From NCBI GenBank assembly GCA_951406725.2, contig OX597831.1, forward strand, positions 2,604,001 through 2,668,000: a DNA stretch of 64,000 bases. Direction: 5' to 3'. A program made the translations under genes and the position numbers. Below, piece by piece: positions 28,712 to 42,600 of the stretch. Each line of letters opens with the position of its first letter. The stretch's first letter is position 1. Source of the DNA: Octopus vulgaris. Lineage: Eukaryota. The notes under the pieces are model-generated. The model worked only from the letters and a program-made list of their open reading frames with translations, did not search any database and was not told the DNA's origin.

Positions 28712-28899
28712 TCATCATCATCATTGTTCGACCGTGGTCGAGACAATGGAATTTACCATGCTACGCCAGACTTCACGGTCCATCATGGCATTACGGAGGT
28801 CCTGTTGCTGGATGCCTGTATCCCTGGAGATTACATCAGGGTAGGAGAATGTGCGCCCTCTGGTATTGTGAGTAGATGGCTTCCAGAGGAGAAGACTAG
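28712..28899 (-). mobile_element. Young 5'-truncated RTE-like LINE with 13-bp TSD
   Basis: LLLWKPSTHNTRGRTFSYPDVISRDTG...AMMDREVWRSMV, (TGA)n tail, and TSD AAATATAGTTCCA at 28699-28711 and 28900-28912. Confidence 0.8.
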
Positions 28900-28947
28900 A
28901 AATATAGTTCCAGTCAAGAACTGGGGTCAATTTCATCGACTAGACCT

Positions 28948-29336
28948 ATTTCTTTATTACCCACAAGGGGCTAAACACAGAGGGGACAAACAAGGACAGA
29001 CATAGGTATTAAGTCGATTACATCGACCCCAGTGCGTTACTGGTACTTAATTTATCGACCCCGAAAGGATGAAAGGCAAAGTCGACCTCGGGAATTTGAA
29101 CTCACAACGTAACGCAGAATTTGAACACAAGGGCTAAACACAGAGGGACAAACAAGGACAGACATAGGTATTAAGTCGATTACATCGACCCCAGTGCGTA
29201 ACTGGTACTTAATTTATCGACCCCCGAAAGGATGAAAGGCAAAGTCGACCTCGGCAGAATTTGAACAACATAATGCAGACGAAATACCGATATGCATTTC
29301 GCCCGGCGTGCTAACGATTCTGCCAGCTCGCCGCCT
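28948..29336 (-). mobile_element. Family A SINE with duplicated body and 17-bp TSD
   Basis: TSD TTTCATCGACTAGACCT at 28931-28947 and 29337-29353. Confidence 0.85.
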
Positions 29337-29783
29337 TTTCATCGACTAGACCTGCTTCCTTCTATGGCCTTCTCTTTCTTTTATATCTTACTTATTTCGG
29401 TCATTGGACTGAGGCCATGCTGAAGCACCACCTTGAAGTGTTTAGTCAAACATCATCAACATCAGCAGTTATTTTCCGAGTCTTGAACTTATTCTGTCAG
29501 TTCCTTTTTCCCAAGCTGCTAAGTTATGGTGACATGAACTGGTTGCAAGTGTTGGGGATAGGAGACAGATACAAACATAGAAACACACACACGCACACAC
29601 ACATATGTGTATAACATATACATATAGGTGTAGGAGTGGCTGTGTGGAAAGTAGCTTGCTTAGTAACCACATGGTTCCGGGTTCAGTCCCACTGCATGGC
29701 ACCTTGAGCAAGTGTCTTCTACTATAGCCTTGGGCCGACCAAAGCCTTGTGAGTGGATTTGGTAGACAGAAACTGAAAGAAGC

Positions 29784-29836
<53 letters not shown>

Positions 29837-32239
29837 GTGTATATGTTTGTGTGTCTTTGTTTGTCCCCCCAACATCGCTTGACAACCGATGCTGGTGTGT
29901 TTATGTACCTGTAACTTAGCAGTTCGGCAAAAGAGACCGATAGAATAAGTACTAGGCTTACAAAGAATATGTCCTGGGGTCGATTTGCTCGACTAAAGGT
30001 AGTGCTCCAGCATGGCCACAGTCAAATGACTGAAACAAGTAAAAGTATACGTATGAAAAAGGGATCAAAAGTCTTTCCCAATGCTATAGGCTCATAAGGC
30101 TGGTTTCCAAAGATTCTGTGGTGTATAAGTTGCTTGTGATAGACTAGTGTTCAGTCATCTGCAATTAATGAAGACCATGATTTCATCTATGGAGTTGATC
30201 TATTATTATGTGTCCATAGATGGCTGATGAAGTTAATTCTGGCACAGAAACGGTGGCTACAGTCAGGATATGTGATCTGTGGCTTCGTTTAAAGTTCTGG
30301 TTGACCAGGCTTTGTAGAGTACAATTTTAGATTCTGTTCTCTGAATCTATGTCTCTTGCAAAGATTTTGTACTTTTGCTGTTGGGAGTATGCTTTAGATG
30401 GCTGAGGGGAAATATATCAGAGGAGGGTTACTCTTTTACTCGTTTCAGTCATCTGACTGCGGCCATGCTGGAGCACCGCCTTTAGTCAAGCAAATCGACC
30501 CCAGGACTTCTTATTCTTTGGAAGCCTAGTACTTATTCTACTGGTCTTGTTTGCCAAACTGCTAAGTTATGGGACGTAAACACACCACCATCAGTTGTCA
30601 AACGAAGTTGGGGGACAAACAAACAAACAAACACACACACATATATACGACGGGCTTCTTTCAGTTTCCGTCTACCAAATCCACTCACAAGGCTTTGGTC
30701 AGCCTGAGGCTATAGTAAAAGACACTTGCCTAAGGTGCCACGCAGTGGGACTGAACCCAGAACCATGTGGTTGGTAAGCAAGCTACTTACCACACATCCA
30801 CTCCTGTGCCTATAAATTACATATAAATTACAAATATGGTAGGGTCTCACATATGTAACATAGTGAACTGGAAAACTTTGATACAGAGGGTTTCCAAAGC
30901 AATTTGCAAATGGGAACTTCCTCTAAAATTGGTTAACATCTAAAACCAATAAGGGTGATAACTCCAATAAAATCAGTTGATTTTTGGACAAGAGAGAATA
31001 TAATAAATAAATATATAAGGTGCACGTGTGGTAAGAAGTTTGCTTGCCAACGCCCTGGTTCCAAGTTCAGTCCCACTGCACGGCACATTGAGCAAATGTC
31101 TTCTATAGCCTCAGGCTGACTAAAGCCTTGAGAGTGGATTTGGAAGAAGGAAACTGAAAGAAGCCCATCGTATGTGTGTGTGCTTGTCTCCCAGCACTGC
31201 TTGACAACTGGTGTTGATGTGTTTATGCTTGTAACTTAGTGGTTTGGCAAAAAAGATGATAGAATAAGTTCCAGGCTTAAAAAATAAATACTAGGGTCAA
31301 TTTATTCAACTAAAATTTCTTGAATTTATTCGATTAAAAATTCTTGAATTTATTCGACTAAAGATTCTTGAAGACTGAAACAAATAAAAATAGGAAAAAA
31401 TTCTTATTGGATTTAACTACCTTGATTGTTTGCAAATTTTAAAATAAAACATTCCTGGAAGTTTATGTCGACTAATGATTTAGCCAACCTTAGTCAATCA
31501 AAGGCTTTCAACTTGCTACATTACACATATGAAACTCTCTCTATATATTTGGATGATGATGATGATGGTAGGCAGTTGACATTAATGAAAATGTAGGTAG
31601 ATGGCTGTACACAAAGATGACTACAAGTAACTTTCATGTATTTTTAATATATGAACTGATACATAAAAAGCACTATCCAAATCGTGGCCGATGCCAGCGC
31701 TGCCTCGACTGGCTTCCGTGTCGGTGGCACGTAAAAAGCACCATCCGAATCGTGGCTGAAGCCAGTGCCGCCTCGACTGGCTTCCGTGCAGGTGGCACGT
31801 AAAATGCACCAATCCGACCGTGGCCGATGCCAGCCTCGCCTGGCACCAGTGCAGGTGGCACGTAAAAAGCACCCACTACACTCACGAAGTGGTTGGCGTT
31901 AGGAAGGGCATCCAGCTGTAGAAACATTGCCAGATAAGACCGGAGCCTGGTGCAGCCTTCTGGCTTCCCAGATCCCCGGTCGAACCGTCCAACCCATGTT
32001 AGCATGGAGAACGGACGTTAAACGATGATGATGATGATGATGTTTAATGCAGACAACTGAAACTGGCTCCTTGTAATTTGAAAAATAGGAGTGACAGATT
32101 GATGGATAATGGTTGTGAATGACTCTGAATAGGAACTACTGAAGCTGGTGATAGTACAAATGAATGATTTGGCTTTTATTCTGTTGAACAATCTGTACTA
32201 CCTGCACCAGGAAAGTTTATATTTTAAGTAGAATAGATT

Positions 32240-32765
32240 TTTGCTGTGTGAATAATGATGGATGTAAAACAAGATTAAGAACAAATTTAAGAGGAAGTGA
32301 GTGCATAGTACTACTGAGATCCTTAGAAACAAGGGTTTGGATCTTGAAAGTTATGAAAGGTTATCATGACTGTTGGAAAGAAAGATATTATTCAAGTTAT
32401 TTGCCAAATTTCAGCATAATTAGCAGCTAGCTTACTTTTATGTGACAGTTTGTTTCCCCTGACAAAAGTATTGAATTTCTTGTCAGATTCTAATGACATT
32501 AAATCTTGTAAAGAGGGCTTTGAAGAAAATTGGATTTGGTTAATAACATCTTCCTCTCATTAAAATAGTTAGATAAATCAAATCTTTCAGATGTAGAGTC
32601 ATCAGAATCTGATTTTAAGGCAGCTAACACTTGAAGTGTTACAAAACATTGATGATATTTTATAGACGTTTCAGTTTATTTCCTTACAGATTATTAAGCT
32701 TTGTTGATAACTTTAATTAAGTCACACTTTTTCCTAATATGTAAATGTGTTTTGGAAAATGCTTC
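32240..32765 (+). pseudogene. Possible highly degenerate hAT-like transposase relic
   Basis: Weak motifs LLRSLETR(W) and AASLLLCDSLFPLTKVLNFL. Confidence 0.3.
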
Positions 32766-32937
32766 AAATAACATAGACACAGGTGTGGCTGTGTAGTAAG
32801 GAGCTTCCTTTTCAACCACATGGTTACCAGATTCAGTCCCTCTGTGTAGCACCTTGGGCAAGTGTCTTCTACTATTGCCCTAGGCCAACCAAACCCTTGT
32901 GAGGGGATTTGGTAGACAGAAACTAAAAGAAGCCATT

Positions 32938-33016
<79 letters not shown>

Positions 33017-33304
33017 CTTTACTGCCCACAAAGGGCTAAACATAGAGGGGACAAACAAGGACAGACAAACGGATTAAGTCGATTACATCGATACCAGTGC
33101 GTAACTGGTACTTTATTTATCGACCCTGAAAGGATGAAAGGCAAAGTCGACCTCGGCAGAATTTGAACTCAGAATGTAACGGCGGACGAAATACGGCTAC
33201 GCATTTCGCCTGGCGTGCTAAGTCAATGTCTCATGTGTCCAGAAAAGAAGCACACTCTAAAGTGTAGAGCAGTAAAGTGTTCAAGTTATAAAGTTAATAC
33301 ATTA

Positions 33305-33900
<596 letters not shown>

Positions 33901-33907
33901 TAATAAA

Positions 33908-34019
33908 GTTAATATCTGGTCATAGAGTGACCAATGGCTTCGCATTCACAAAAGCTGTAGCTTCGCCGATGACTCATCAGACTCTAGTCTATTGGTCACT
34001 CTATGACCAGACATTAACT
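33908..34019. repeat. Short MITE-like inverted repeat
   Basis: AGTTAATATCTGGTCATAGAGTGACCAAT / ATTGGTCACTCTATGACCAGACATTAACT. Confidence 0.85.
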
Positions 34020-34053
34020 TTATTTCTTTAATATATATATATATATATATATA

Positions 34054-35707
34054 CTAGCAGTATCGCCCGGCGTTGCTCGGGTTTGTTTCGACCCGCTGGA
34101 ATTGTAATTTTGAAAAGTAAAAATTTTGTGAACATTTTTCTGGTCGAAATACACCGAAAAGTGGCGACACAGCAGTGAAAAAATCGTAAAAAATAGGGAT
34201 TTTCATAGAAAAAAGCATCTTTTTGATGTAAATAATTTTTGGTGTTAACATGGTCCGATTTGAATTTTATGTTCTACGGAAGGAAGAGCAACCCTTCTTC
34301 TACCATACTCTCAATTTTGGTCAACTTGCGCCGCAGGGTCTCGGAGGAGATAGTGTTAGTTGAAGGTTACCATTCTAGGTGCCTGAGTAACAACCTCGCG
34401 GATTTACAGATAAATGAATTAATTACTATTTTACAGAATAAAATTAAATAATTCTTGAAAATTAATTAATATTAATATTTTTTGAACAAAGTAAATAATT
34501 TTTAAAACTTAAATAATAATTTTTTTTACACAAACGCGAACGGGGAAAAGGGGGTGGCGAATTCGATTTACATACCTAAATTTTTTCTTTTTCATGACAT
34601 TGTAGCAAAATAGTAGTGAATTATATAAATACCAGCAGTACATTTTTTTTCTGGGGTATTTTTTTCAACCTCGTCACATATTTGCCCCTTTCAATTTAAA
34701 CAAAGTCTTAATTAAGCAATTACGGCAGCTTAGCAATGGTTTCAATACAGGCGTGACATCTGTATCTCAATTGTTCAAAACCCTTCGAATTTTTTCGCAC
34801 GTGATGATATCATAGTGAAAACTTTCAATTACGCGCGCTTAGAAGTACGCTCACAAATTAATACTACCAAAATTTTGAAGTTCGCGCTCCGCTTGTGTGT
34901 GTGTGTGTGCGTGCTTTAGGTGTACGTAGGTATGTGTTTTTGTGTGTGTGTGTCACTGAAGCCATACATACATATATACATACATAACTTTTCTCTCTCA
35001 GTCACTCACTACAAAAAGTGAATAAAAAAAGTTCAGTTATTTCTGTCTTTCACTCTGTCTGTCTCTTTACACACACTAACAAAAGCACTTCACTTACACA
35101 CCACACTTTCTGTGTCGCACAGCCCATCAAACACACACACACACACACACACACACTCACGCACGCACACATGTACATCAATGCTTTCGGAGTGAAATGT
35201 TAAAATATTGAGTTTTCTCGAATTTTGTCTTAATTGGGGGTGAAATTGAAAGAAATATATTATGGCATGACCGAATGGAGTACTTTGAAAAATCTTAGGT
35301 AAACTCTAATTGAAGAAATTGTGTGAAGAGTAAATCGTTATGTATTTATTTGTTTCTGTTTGCTGTGTTTTTTTATTTTTTGAGTAGTGGTTTAAATACT
35401 TTCAGTTTAGTCTTCCTCAAATCACTCTGTCGCTATTTACTTTCATTTTATTCGTTGCACACTCTGTGTGTGCGTGTGCGTGTGGTGTAAACCACATTAA
35501 GAAAAGCATTTGACATACACACCAGAATGTGAGTTTTCTGTAAATTTTGCTTAATTGGAGTTTAAATTTTAAAAACTGGACCTGGCATGACCCGATGCAT
35601 TCTACTCTTAAAAATGCTAGGTAAATTGTAATTGAAGAAATCCTATATTGTAGATTTCTATAAGTTACAAAGGGAGGCAGATAAAATCTACCTTTTATAA
35701 TAAGAGA
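34054..35707 (-). mobile_element. Non-autonomous Helitron with both termini
   Basis: On -: A|TCTCTTATTATAAAAGG ... CCCGAGCAACGCCGGG hairpin - CGATACTG - CTAG|T. No TSD. Internal diverged duplication at 35210-35320 and 35530-35640. Confidence 0.85.
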
Positions 35708-35709
35708 TA

Positions 35710-36140
35710 TAGGAGGAATTACAACCGTGTTTCGTGGTCTGCTACCACAACAGCTCCTTTATAGGATCCAGTTAGCTCAAGACATCATCAGGAGGAACCA
35801 TGTCCGGTTTCGGCCCCTACTCCTCTACTGTTTTGATGTGGCGGGACCCCCCCTTTCGGAGGTGTCTTCAGCTCTGGTGTTGGGTGCATGTCTTCTTTCT
35901 TCTGTTCCCTGGCCTCTTTGATGTATCGTCAGCGAGTGTCAGCCGGTGACTGACTGTCTTGTCAAATTTTTCCCTTTAAATACCTGCCGCATAGGCTCCA
36001 GCAGGCAGCCCCAGCAAGTTGTCACGTGACACTGTCTCACCTTAACTGACTAGTGAAGGCATGTAGTTTTAGCCCGCTTTTTTTCTAAACGACCGTCACC
36101 TGACAGGCAGTTCCAGCAAGTTGTCACGTGACACTGTCTC

Positions 36141-36146
<6 letters not shown>
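35710..36146 (-). mobile_element. PLE-like terminal repeat with three CUGANGA motifs and a permuted hammerhead
   Basis: On -: TATTTAAA TATA-like box, CTGACGA (35926-32), CTGAAGA (35865-71), CTGATGA (35785-91) and several GAAA. A 43-bp direct repeat lies at about 36002 and 36104. TA-flanked. Confidence 0.6.
35785..35848 (-). ncRNA. Candidate non-circularly permuted hammerhead ribozyme
   Basis: GGTCCC-g-CCACATC-aaaa-CAGT-A-GAGGAG-ta-GGGGCC-GAAA-CCG-GACATGG-TTCCTC-CTGATGA. Confidence 0.55.
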
Positions 36147-36177
<31 letters not shown>

Positions 36178-36182
<5 letters not shown>

Positions 36183-36385
36183 ATCCAAACAAGAAAACAC
36201 AAAAAAAACACAGCAACGCGAGGATGTGGAACAAATAAAGTATTATTGGATGCTCAGGAAAGAAGGGAAGAAGGAGGGTTTAACATTTCGAGCGGAGCTC
36301 TTCGTCGGAAACATAGGAGAAGGAAAGATCCCGAGAAGGGAAGACAGAGGGAAAAAAATCGCTGGCGGTACTCACGAGGTCACAT
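36178..36385 (-). mobile_element. PLE-like short repeat with minimal hammerhead variant (36278-36312)
   Basis: On -: GTTT-CCGACGA-A-GAGC-TCC-GCTC-GAAA-TGTT-AAAC. Stems I and II are intact and core U4 is C. Confidence 0.65.
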
Positions 36386-39300
36386 ATGCACATTAATATA
36401 TACTGACTGTAATGGATTCTTGCCTCCAACAGTTGTAGTGTTTATATATGTGTTTGGGTTAGAGTTTGGCTTTAGAGTTGGACAAGCCATCAATAGGGCC
36501 AGGCCCTTTCTGGATGCGAAACCATAAACTTAATTGAATATAAGTATGTGTGTGTGAGTGTGTGTCTTTGTGTCTCTGTTTGTTCCCCTTGACTGCTTGA
36601 TAATTGTTGGTGTGTTTATGTTTCTGTAACTTAGCGGTTCTGTAAAAGAGACCAAATAGAATAAATAATAGGTGTTAAAAATAAGCCTTAGGGTCAATTT
36701 TTTTGACTGAAAACCCTTCAAGGTGGTGCCCCAGCATGGCCACAGTCAAATGACTAAAAGAAGTAAAAGATAAAATATAACGGTCAGCTCTGTTTCAGAA
36801 TTCACTTGAGTGAAAGCGGTGAGCTAGCAGAAACGTTAGCACACTGGGTGAAATGCTTAGCAGTATTTCATCTGTCTTTACACTCTGAGTTCAAATTCCG
36901 CCGAGGTCGACTTTGCCTTTCATCCTTTCGGGGTCGATAAATTAAGTACCAGTTGTGTACTGGGGTCAATCTAATCGACTGCCCCCCACCTCCTCCAAAA
37001 TTTCAGGCCTTGTGCCTAGAGTAGAAAAGAATTCACTTGAGTGAAAAAGTTTGCTTTTCATTGAAAGATATAATTTTCAGAGAAAAGTAGTTTTCTGTGA
37101 AAATATATAGCTTGGTGCAGGTGTGGCTCTGTGGTTAAGAAGTTTGTTTTCCAACCATGTGATTCCAGGTTCAGTCCTACTGTATGGCACCTTGGACAAG
37201 TGTCTTATACTATAACTTCAGGCAGACCAATACTTCGTGAGTGAATTTTGTAGGCAGAAACTGTGTGGAAGCCCACAGTATGTATTGTATATATGTGTAT
37301 ATATGTTGTATATATATATATGTGTGTAAATATAATACTGGCCCTTGTACTGGTGGCACGTAAAAGCACCCACTACACTCTTGGAGTGGTTGGCGTTGGG
37401 AAGGGCATCCAGGTGTAGAAATTTTGCCAGATCAGATTGGAGCCTGATGCAGCCATCTGGTTCACCAGTCCTCAGTCAAATCATCCAACCCATGGAAAGC
37501 GGGCATTGAACGATGATGATGATGATGATGTATTTTGATGTCTCCCTGTTTTGCATTCATGTGTTTGTTGCAAATGAGTGTCACTGTTATACAAGCGGTG
37601 TCATTCATTTCCAATATTCTGTGAAAACACATCTGACTGTGGAGAAATATTACTTTGCTTGGAGACAGGTAAGTGTTGGTGACAGGAAGAGCATCCAGCT
37701 GCAGGAAATCTTCGTCAACAAATTTCTTCTGACCCATGAAAGGATGGAAAAGTAGATTTTAAAATGACGATGATGATAATGATGAGTTCTCAGGAAAAAG
37801 TATAGGCCTGTGAGAAAAATATAGGGCTGTTTGTAAAATATAGTTCTGATTGAAAGATATAATTTCCAGTGAAAAATACAGCTCTGTATAAAAAAAAAAA
37901 AAATATGGCTATGTTTGTAAAATATAGCTTTTACTGAAAGATATAATTCTTAGTGAAAAATATGGCACTCTGTGAAAAATATAGCGCTGTTTGTAAAATA
38001 TAATTCTCAGGGAAAAGTACAGATCTCTGTGAAAAAATAGCAATTTTAGAATTGGAAATAAAAGTCAAGATTGGTTGAGAATACAATTCAATAAAATTAA
38101 AATGAAAAGTAGTGAGTTTTATATCAGCCATGGAAAGAAATTTAGTAGAAAGTTATGCTTTTTATGGAAAAAAAAAAAACAACTACTGAAAAAAAAAGGA
38201 AATAAATTTTGACAGGAATAATAAATTATTTCTGCATGAGAAAATTGTTTAGCAACACGAAGCACTAGAACATTTTTAAACTCATTACTGTTTTTTATTT
38301 TTTTATGCATTAGTAACTAAATTACCATTTATAATATTTTTTTTATAAACTTCAGTTATCTAGAAGATGAAAAAAAATAACTCAGACATTTATGGAGAGA
38401 GAAATTTTGAGAAAATAAAAAAACTTTTACTGAGGTTCATTCTTTATTTTTCTGAAAATATTCTAGAAGTCAAAGATCAACTGATTCTTCAAACACTTCA
38501 TTTTTTTGACAACTGGCGGTGGGAAGCTAACCTTTTCTCTCTTTTCAAAGCCCAAATTAGTACTTATTCACTCCTTAACTCTCCAGCCATATCCACCCTA
38601 AATAATGTACCTGTTTCATGATCAAACAGGCCAGATCCAGCCTCTCACACCTACCCTACAATGTCATTGTAAAAGTAAACAATCACATCATTGAAATCTT
38701 GATGGTACAAGATAATGCATGGTTCATTCAGAACAATGTGAGTAAATATGAACACCACCCTGTACTTAACTCCATGTCCCCCTACATGGCCTTGCTATTT
38801 GCTTTTGAGCCAAATTAACTAACTAACTAACTAACTAACTAACATTTGAGAGTGTAATCTGGGCGCTAAAGGGTCAATGTACCTTATATATGAGAGTTCG
38901 CCAGACCTCAGTCAAATTGTCCAACCCATGCTAGCATGGAAAGCAGACGTTATACTATGATGATGATGACACCAAATTTTATCTGACCTGTCAATATATA
39001 CACACTGCATTTATCTGGCCAGTCAGTGTAAATAAATTATATCCATTTATCCAGTCAAGAGGTCCATCCAATGAAGGCCTTTTATTCCTCATTTATACAC
39101 AATGTCTAAAAATCTACTTAACATCAACGTATTGTGTCTCTCTGCTCAAAATCTGCATAGCAGCTCTACTTATCCAGTCTTCATAACACTTCTGTATATT
39201 TTAGCATGTACACACACATGATTCAATGGGATAGTATTGATGTGATTGTTCATCCTACTATAAAAAGCAGTGAAATCACCTCCAAATCACACTTTGTTAT

Positions 39301-40749
39301 CACAGATGATAGAGTAGGACACATCGCTTAATTTAGTTATGATAAAAAGAAAAAGACAGGACTTTCAAACCTGGAACACCATTCACTGCTGACCTAAGGC
39401 TATAAAGCAACAACAACAACAATGACACTGTGATCACTGCCACCATCACCACCACCACCGACAACAACAAAATCTTGAACACACTGTAGTTGGCATTTGG
39501 AAGGGCATCCAGCTGTAAATAGCATGCCAAAACTGATCTCGCCTGTGCTGGTGCCATGTAAAAAACACTCATTCCACTCTATGGAGTGGTTGGTGTTAGG
39601 AAGGGCATCCAGCCATAAAATCCCTCCCAAAACAGACACAGTAGCCTGAGGTAGTCTTCTACCTGGTTGGCTCCTGTCAAGCTGTCCGACCCATGCCAGC
39701 ATAAAAGGCAGATGTTAAACGATGATTATGATAATGATGATGATGATGATTGAGTGCTTTTTATGTGTTGGTGCCACATAAAAAGTACTCAGTCCACTCT
39801 GTGGGGTGGTTGGTGTTATGAAGGGCATCTAGCCTGCCGAAAACCCTCCCAAAACAGACACAGTAGCCTGGCATAGTTTTCTACCTATCCAGCTCCTGTC
39901 AAACTGTCCGACCCATGCCAGCATAAAAGGCAGGTGTTAAACGATGATTATGATGATGATGATGATGATGATGCTTGTATTTTACATTCAAAATACGAAC
40001 ACTATTCAATTATTCAATATTTGCATGCTGCTTACTTAGTCAACATCTGCAGTGTTTATGTAATTTTGAACATGAACAATCACATCATTGAAATCTCAAG
40101 ACTACGAAATAATGCAGGATAAATTCAAAATATGCATAAACAGCTGACAGAGTAGTCTGAATGCTAAAGGCTTAATAAACATCTGTACACAGTGTCTGGC
40201 CACTGAACATGTACACTGTACATGTACTTATAAGGTAGCGAGCTGGCAGAAACGTTAGCGCGCTGGGCGAGATGCTTAGTGGTATTTCGTCTGCTGTTAC
40301 GTTTTGAGTTCAAATTCCGCCAAGGTCGACTTTGCCTTTCATCCTTTCGGGGTCGATACACTAAGTACCAGTTACGCACTGGGGTCGATATAATCAACTT
40401 AAACCGTCTGTCTGTCCTTGTTTGTCTCCTCTGTGTTTAGCCCCTTGTGGGTAGTAAAGAAATATGTACATGTACTCTAAAATTGGTACTCTGTCACTTA
40501 TGGTGGCAAGGGTCCTGGTTGAATTGGTCAATAGAACAGCCTGCTCATGAAATTCTCATACAAGTGGCTGAGTACTCCTACAGACACATGATTCTCAGGG
40601 AGATTCAGTGTGACACAGAATGTAACAAGGTTGGCCCTTTGGAATACATGTCCTACTCATTTTTGCTAGCTGTGTGAACAGGAGCAACATGAAATAGAGT
40701 GTCTTGCTCAAGGACACATTCCTGTCCTTATGGTTGTGAACCGGATACC

Positions 40750-42600
40750 CAGTGGAGGATCCACAATATTGGGGCCCTGAAACTTAAAACGTTACGGGGG
40801 CCCCCTTTACAACCAGTAACAGTAGTGTAACATCCAACAAGGGTTAAATAATTTTTGTGCCCTTGCAAGGAATTTCAGCCTTGAGACCCTGATAACCCAA
40901 ATGGTGGAGTGGTGAGATGGAGTCCTTAAAAATGTATCTGACAGTGATCCCTCTTTCCACCAGAAATGAGGTGTGGCTAATCACCAATATCTTTGTTGAT
41001 GTGGTTGTTCCAAGGCAGATCATCACAATTTTCTTTACAAATTTAAGCACTACATTTCAGGTTGTTATTCTCAAAGTCACTGGTGTGAACAAATTGTTTC
41101 CAGGCTATGCCTTACACTTTTAGAATTATGAGGAATGAAAATTAGGCGAACGTTATATACATGCATGATGCATCATAGAATAAAGACATAAAACATAACA
41201 AATACCACAGTCAATATAATCTAATATTGATTTTATATTCAACCCTTTTGTTACCAACCCGGCTGAAACTGGCTCTGGCTCTGTTGTACAAATATCTTGT
41301 TTTCTTAAGGTTTTAATTAAACTCTTCCACCAAACCTTAGTCACAATTTATGTTCCTAACATTAGCTGAATGATAACTAAGTTATTTTACTAAATTCTTT
41401 GTTATATTTAGAGTAATTGAAAGAAACACAGAGCATCTCAAAATAAATACAGTAACGAAAAGGTTAAGATACATATGAGAATGACAAAATACTCTTCTTT
41501 TTTTTTGTTTTTTTGCAGCAACATATTCCCTTATAGTTTTGTCATATCTGAGCTTCCTTGCAATGCCATTTTCTAGAGATAATATACATAAGGAATTTAA
41601 GTGCTTTTCAATCATTGTAGATCGAAATTTATTCTTTATAACGGAAAGCTTTGAGAAGTTCCTTTCTGATTCACAGCCTAAGTGCAGTGGTAATATTAGA
41701 GAACACTTCAATTAATTATTGCTCGTAAATGAGCTGAAGAACTTCTGTGCATTGCATTTTAGATGGTGTCTTTTCTTCTGTTTTTCTGGAATTTTCTAAG
41801 GTGTAGATACTCTTTGAACTGATAACACTCATTTATTAATTCGGGGTCAATATCGCCTTTGTAATGTGATATTATAAGTTTGATGCTGTTCTCATCAAAT
41901 TTTGAATTGTTCATCAATTCTGAGAGGAACTTGATTGAACCTTTGCATAGTCTGCTCGTATAAGTCCATCCTCTTGCTTAACTGGATTGTTAAGCAGTCA
42001 TAGGCTTGATTTAGAACTTCTATCCTAAATTTTTCAGGCCCTATCATAAAAACCCTCTCACTTGTTCCATCTGAAAATTTTTTCTGTAATAATGCGTTTG
42101 GAAGCATCAGAATAATTTGAGGTGATATATTCACACAAACCTTTTGCTACTGATTCATAGTGTGCAATCTTGTTGGCTGACATTTCTTGTAGTTCTTTAA
42201 TAAATGAAAGCAAAGATGCTAGCAGAAGGTAACCTTCGAATACATCAGAACTGGGGGTTTGAAGTTTCTTACTTGTTTTGTTAAAATGCTCCATAACTTC
42301 TACCCAAAACGACTGTTAAAACAACATATTCGAATTTTACTAGCTTGTGGTATAAATTCTTTTGCATCCCACTTACATCAAGGCTTCTCTTCTGAGTCTT
42401 CAAACATATGTTTGAGAGTTTGTAAAATATCCCTATATCCATTTTTTATTGCCTGGACTCCTTCATTGTGTGGAGACCATCTGGTTACACTTAATCTCTT
42501 TAGAGAAAAGGCTAGATTGCCTTGTGTGTTTAAAATTCCCCATCTTGTTCAAAGTGATATTCAAGCAATTTTTAAAGTAGAAAAAATGCTTTTTTGCTGA
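40750..42600 (-). mobile_element. hAT transposon relic with a piggyBac-like MITE inserted
   Basis: LKRLSVTRWS, HFNKTSKKLQ, FRIEVLNQAYDCLTIQLSKR and CESERNFSKLSVIKNKFRSTM...LNSLCILSLE (hAT dimerisation domain). hAT-like terminus CAGTGGAGGATCC...GGGGCCC at 40750. Confidence 0.85.

Noticed and set aside
30220-30262. CTGATGA...GAAAC hammerhead-like string (also CTGATGA near 46722)
   Set aside because: I could not form convincing stems I-III; these may be decayed relics.
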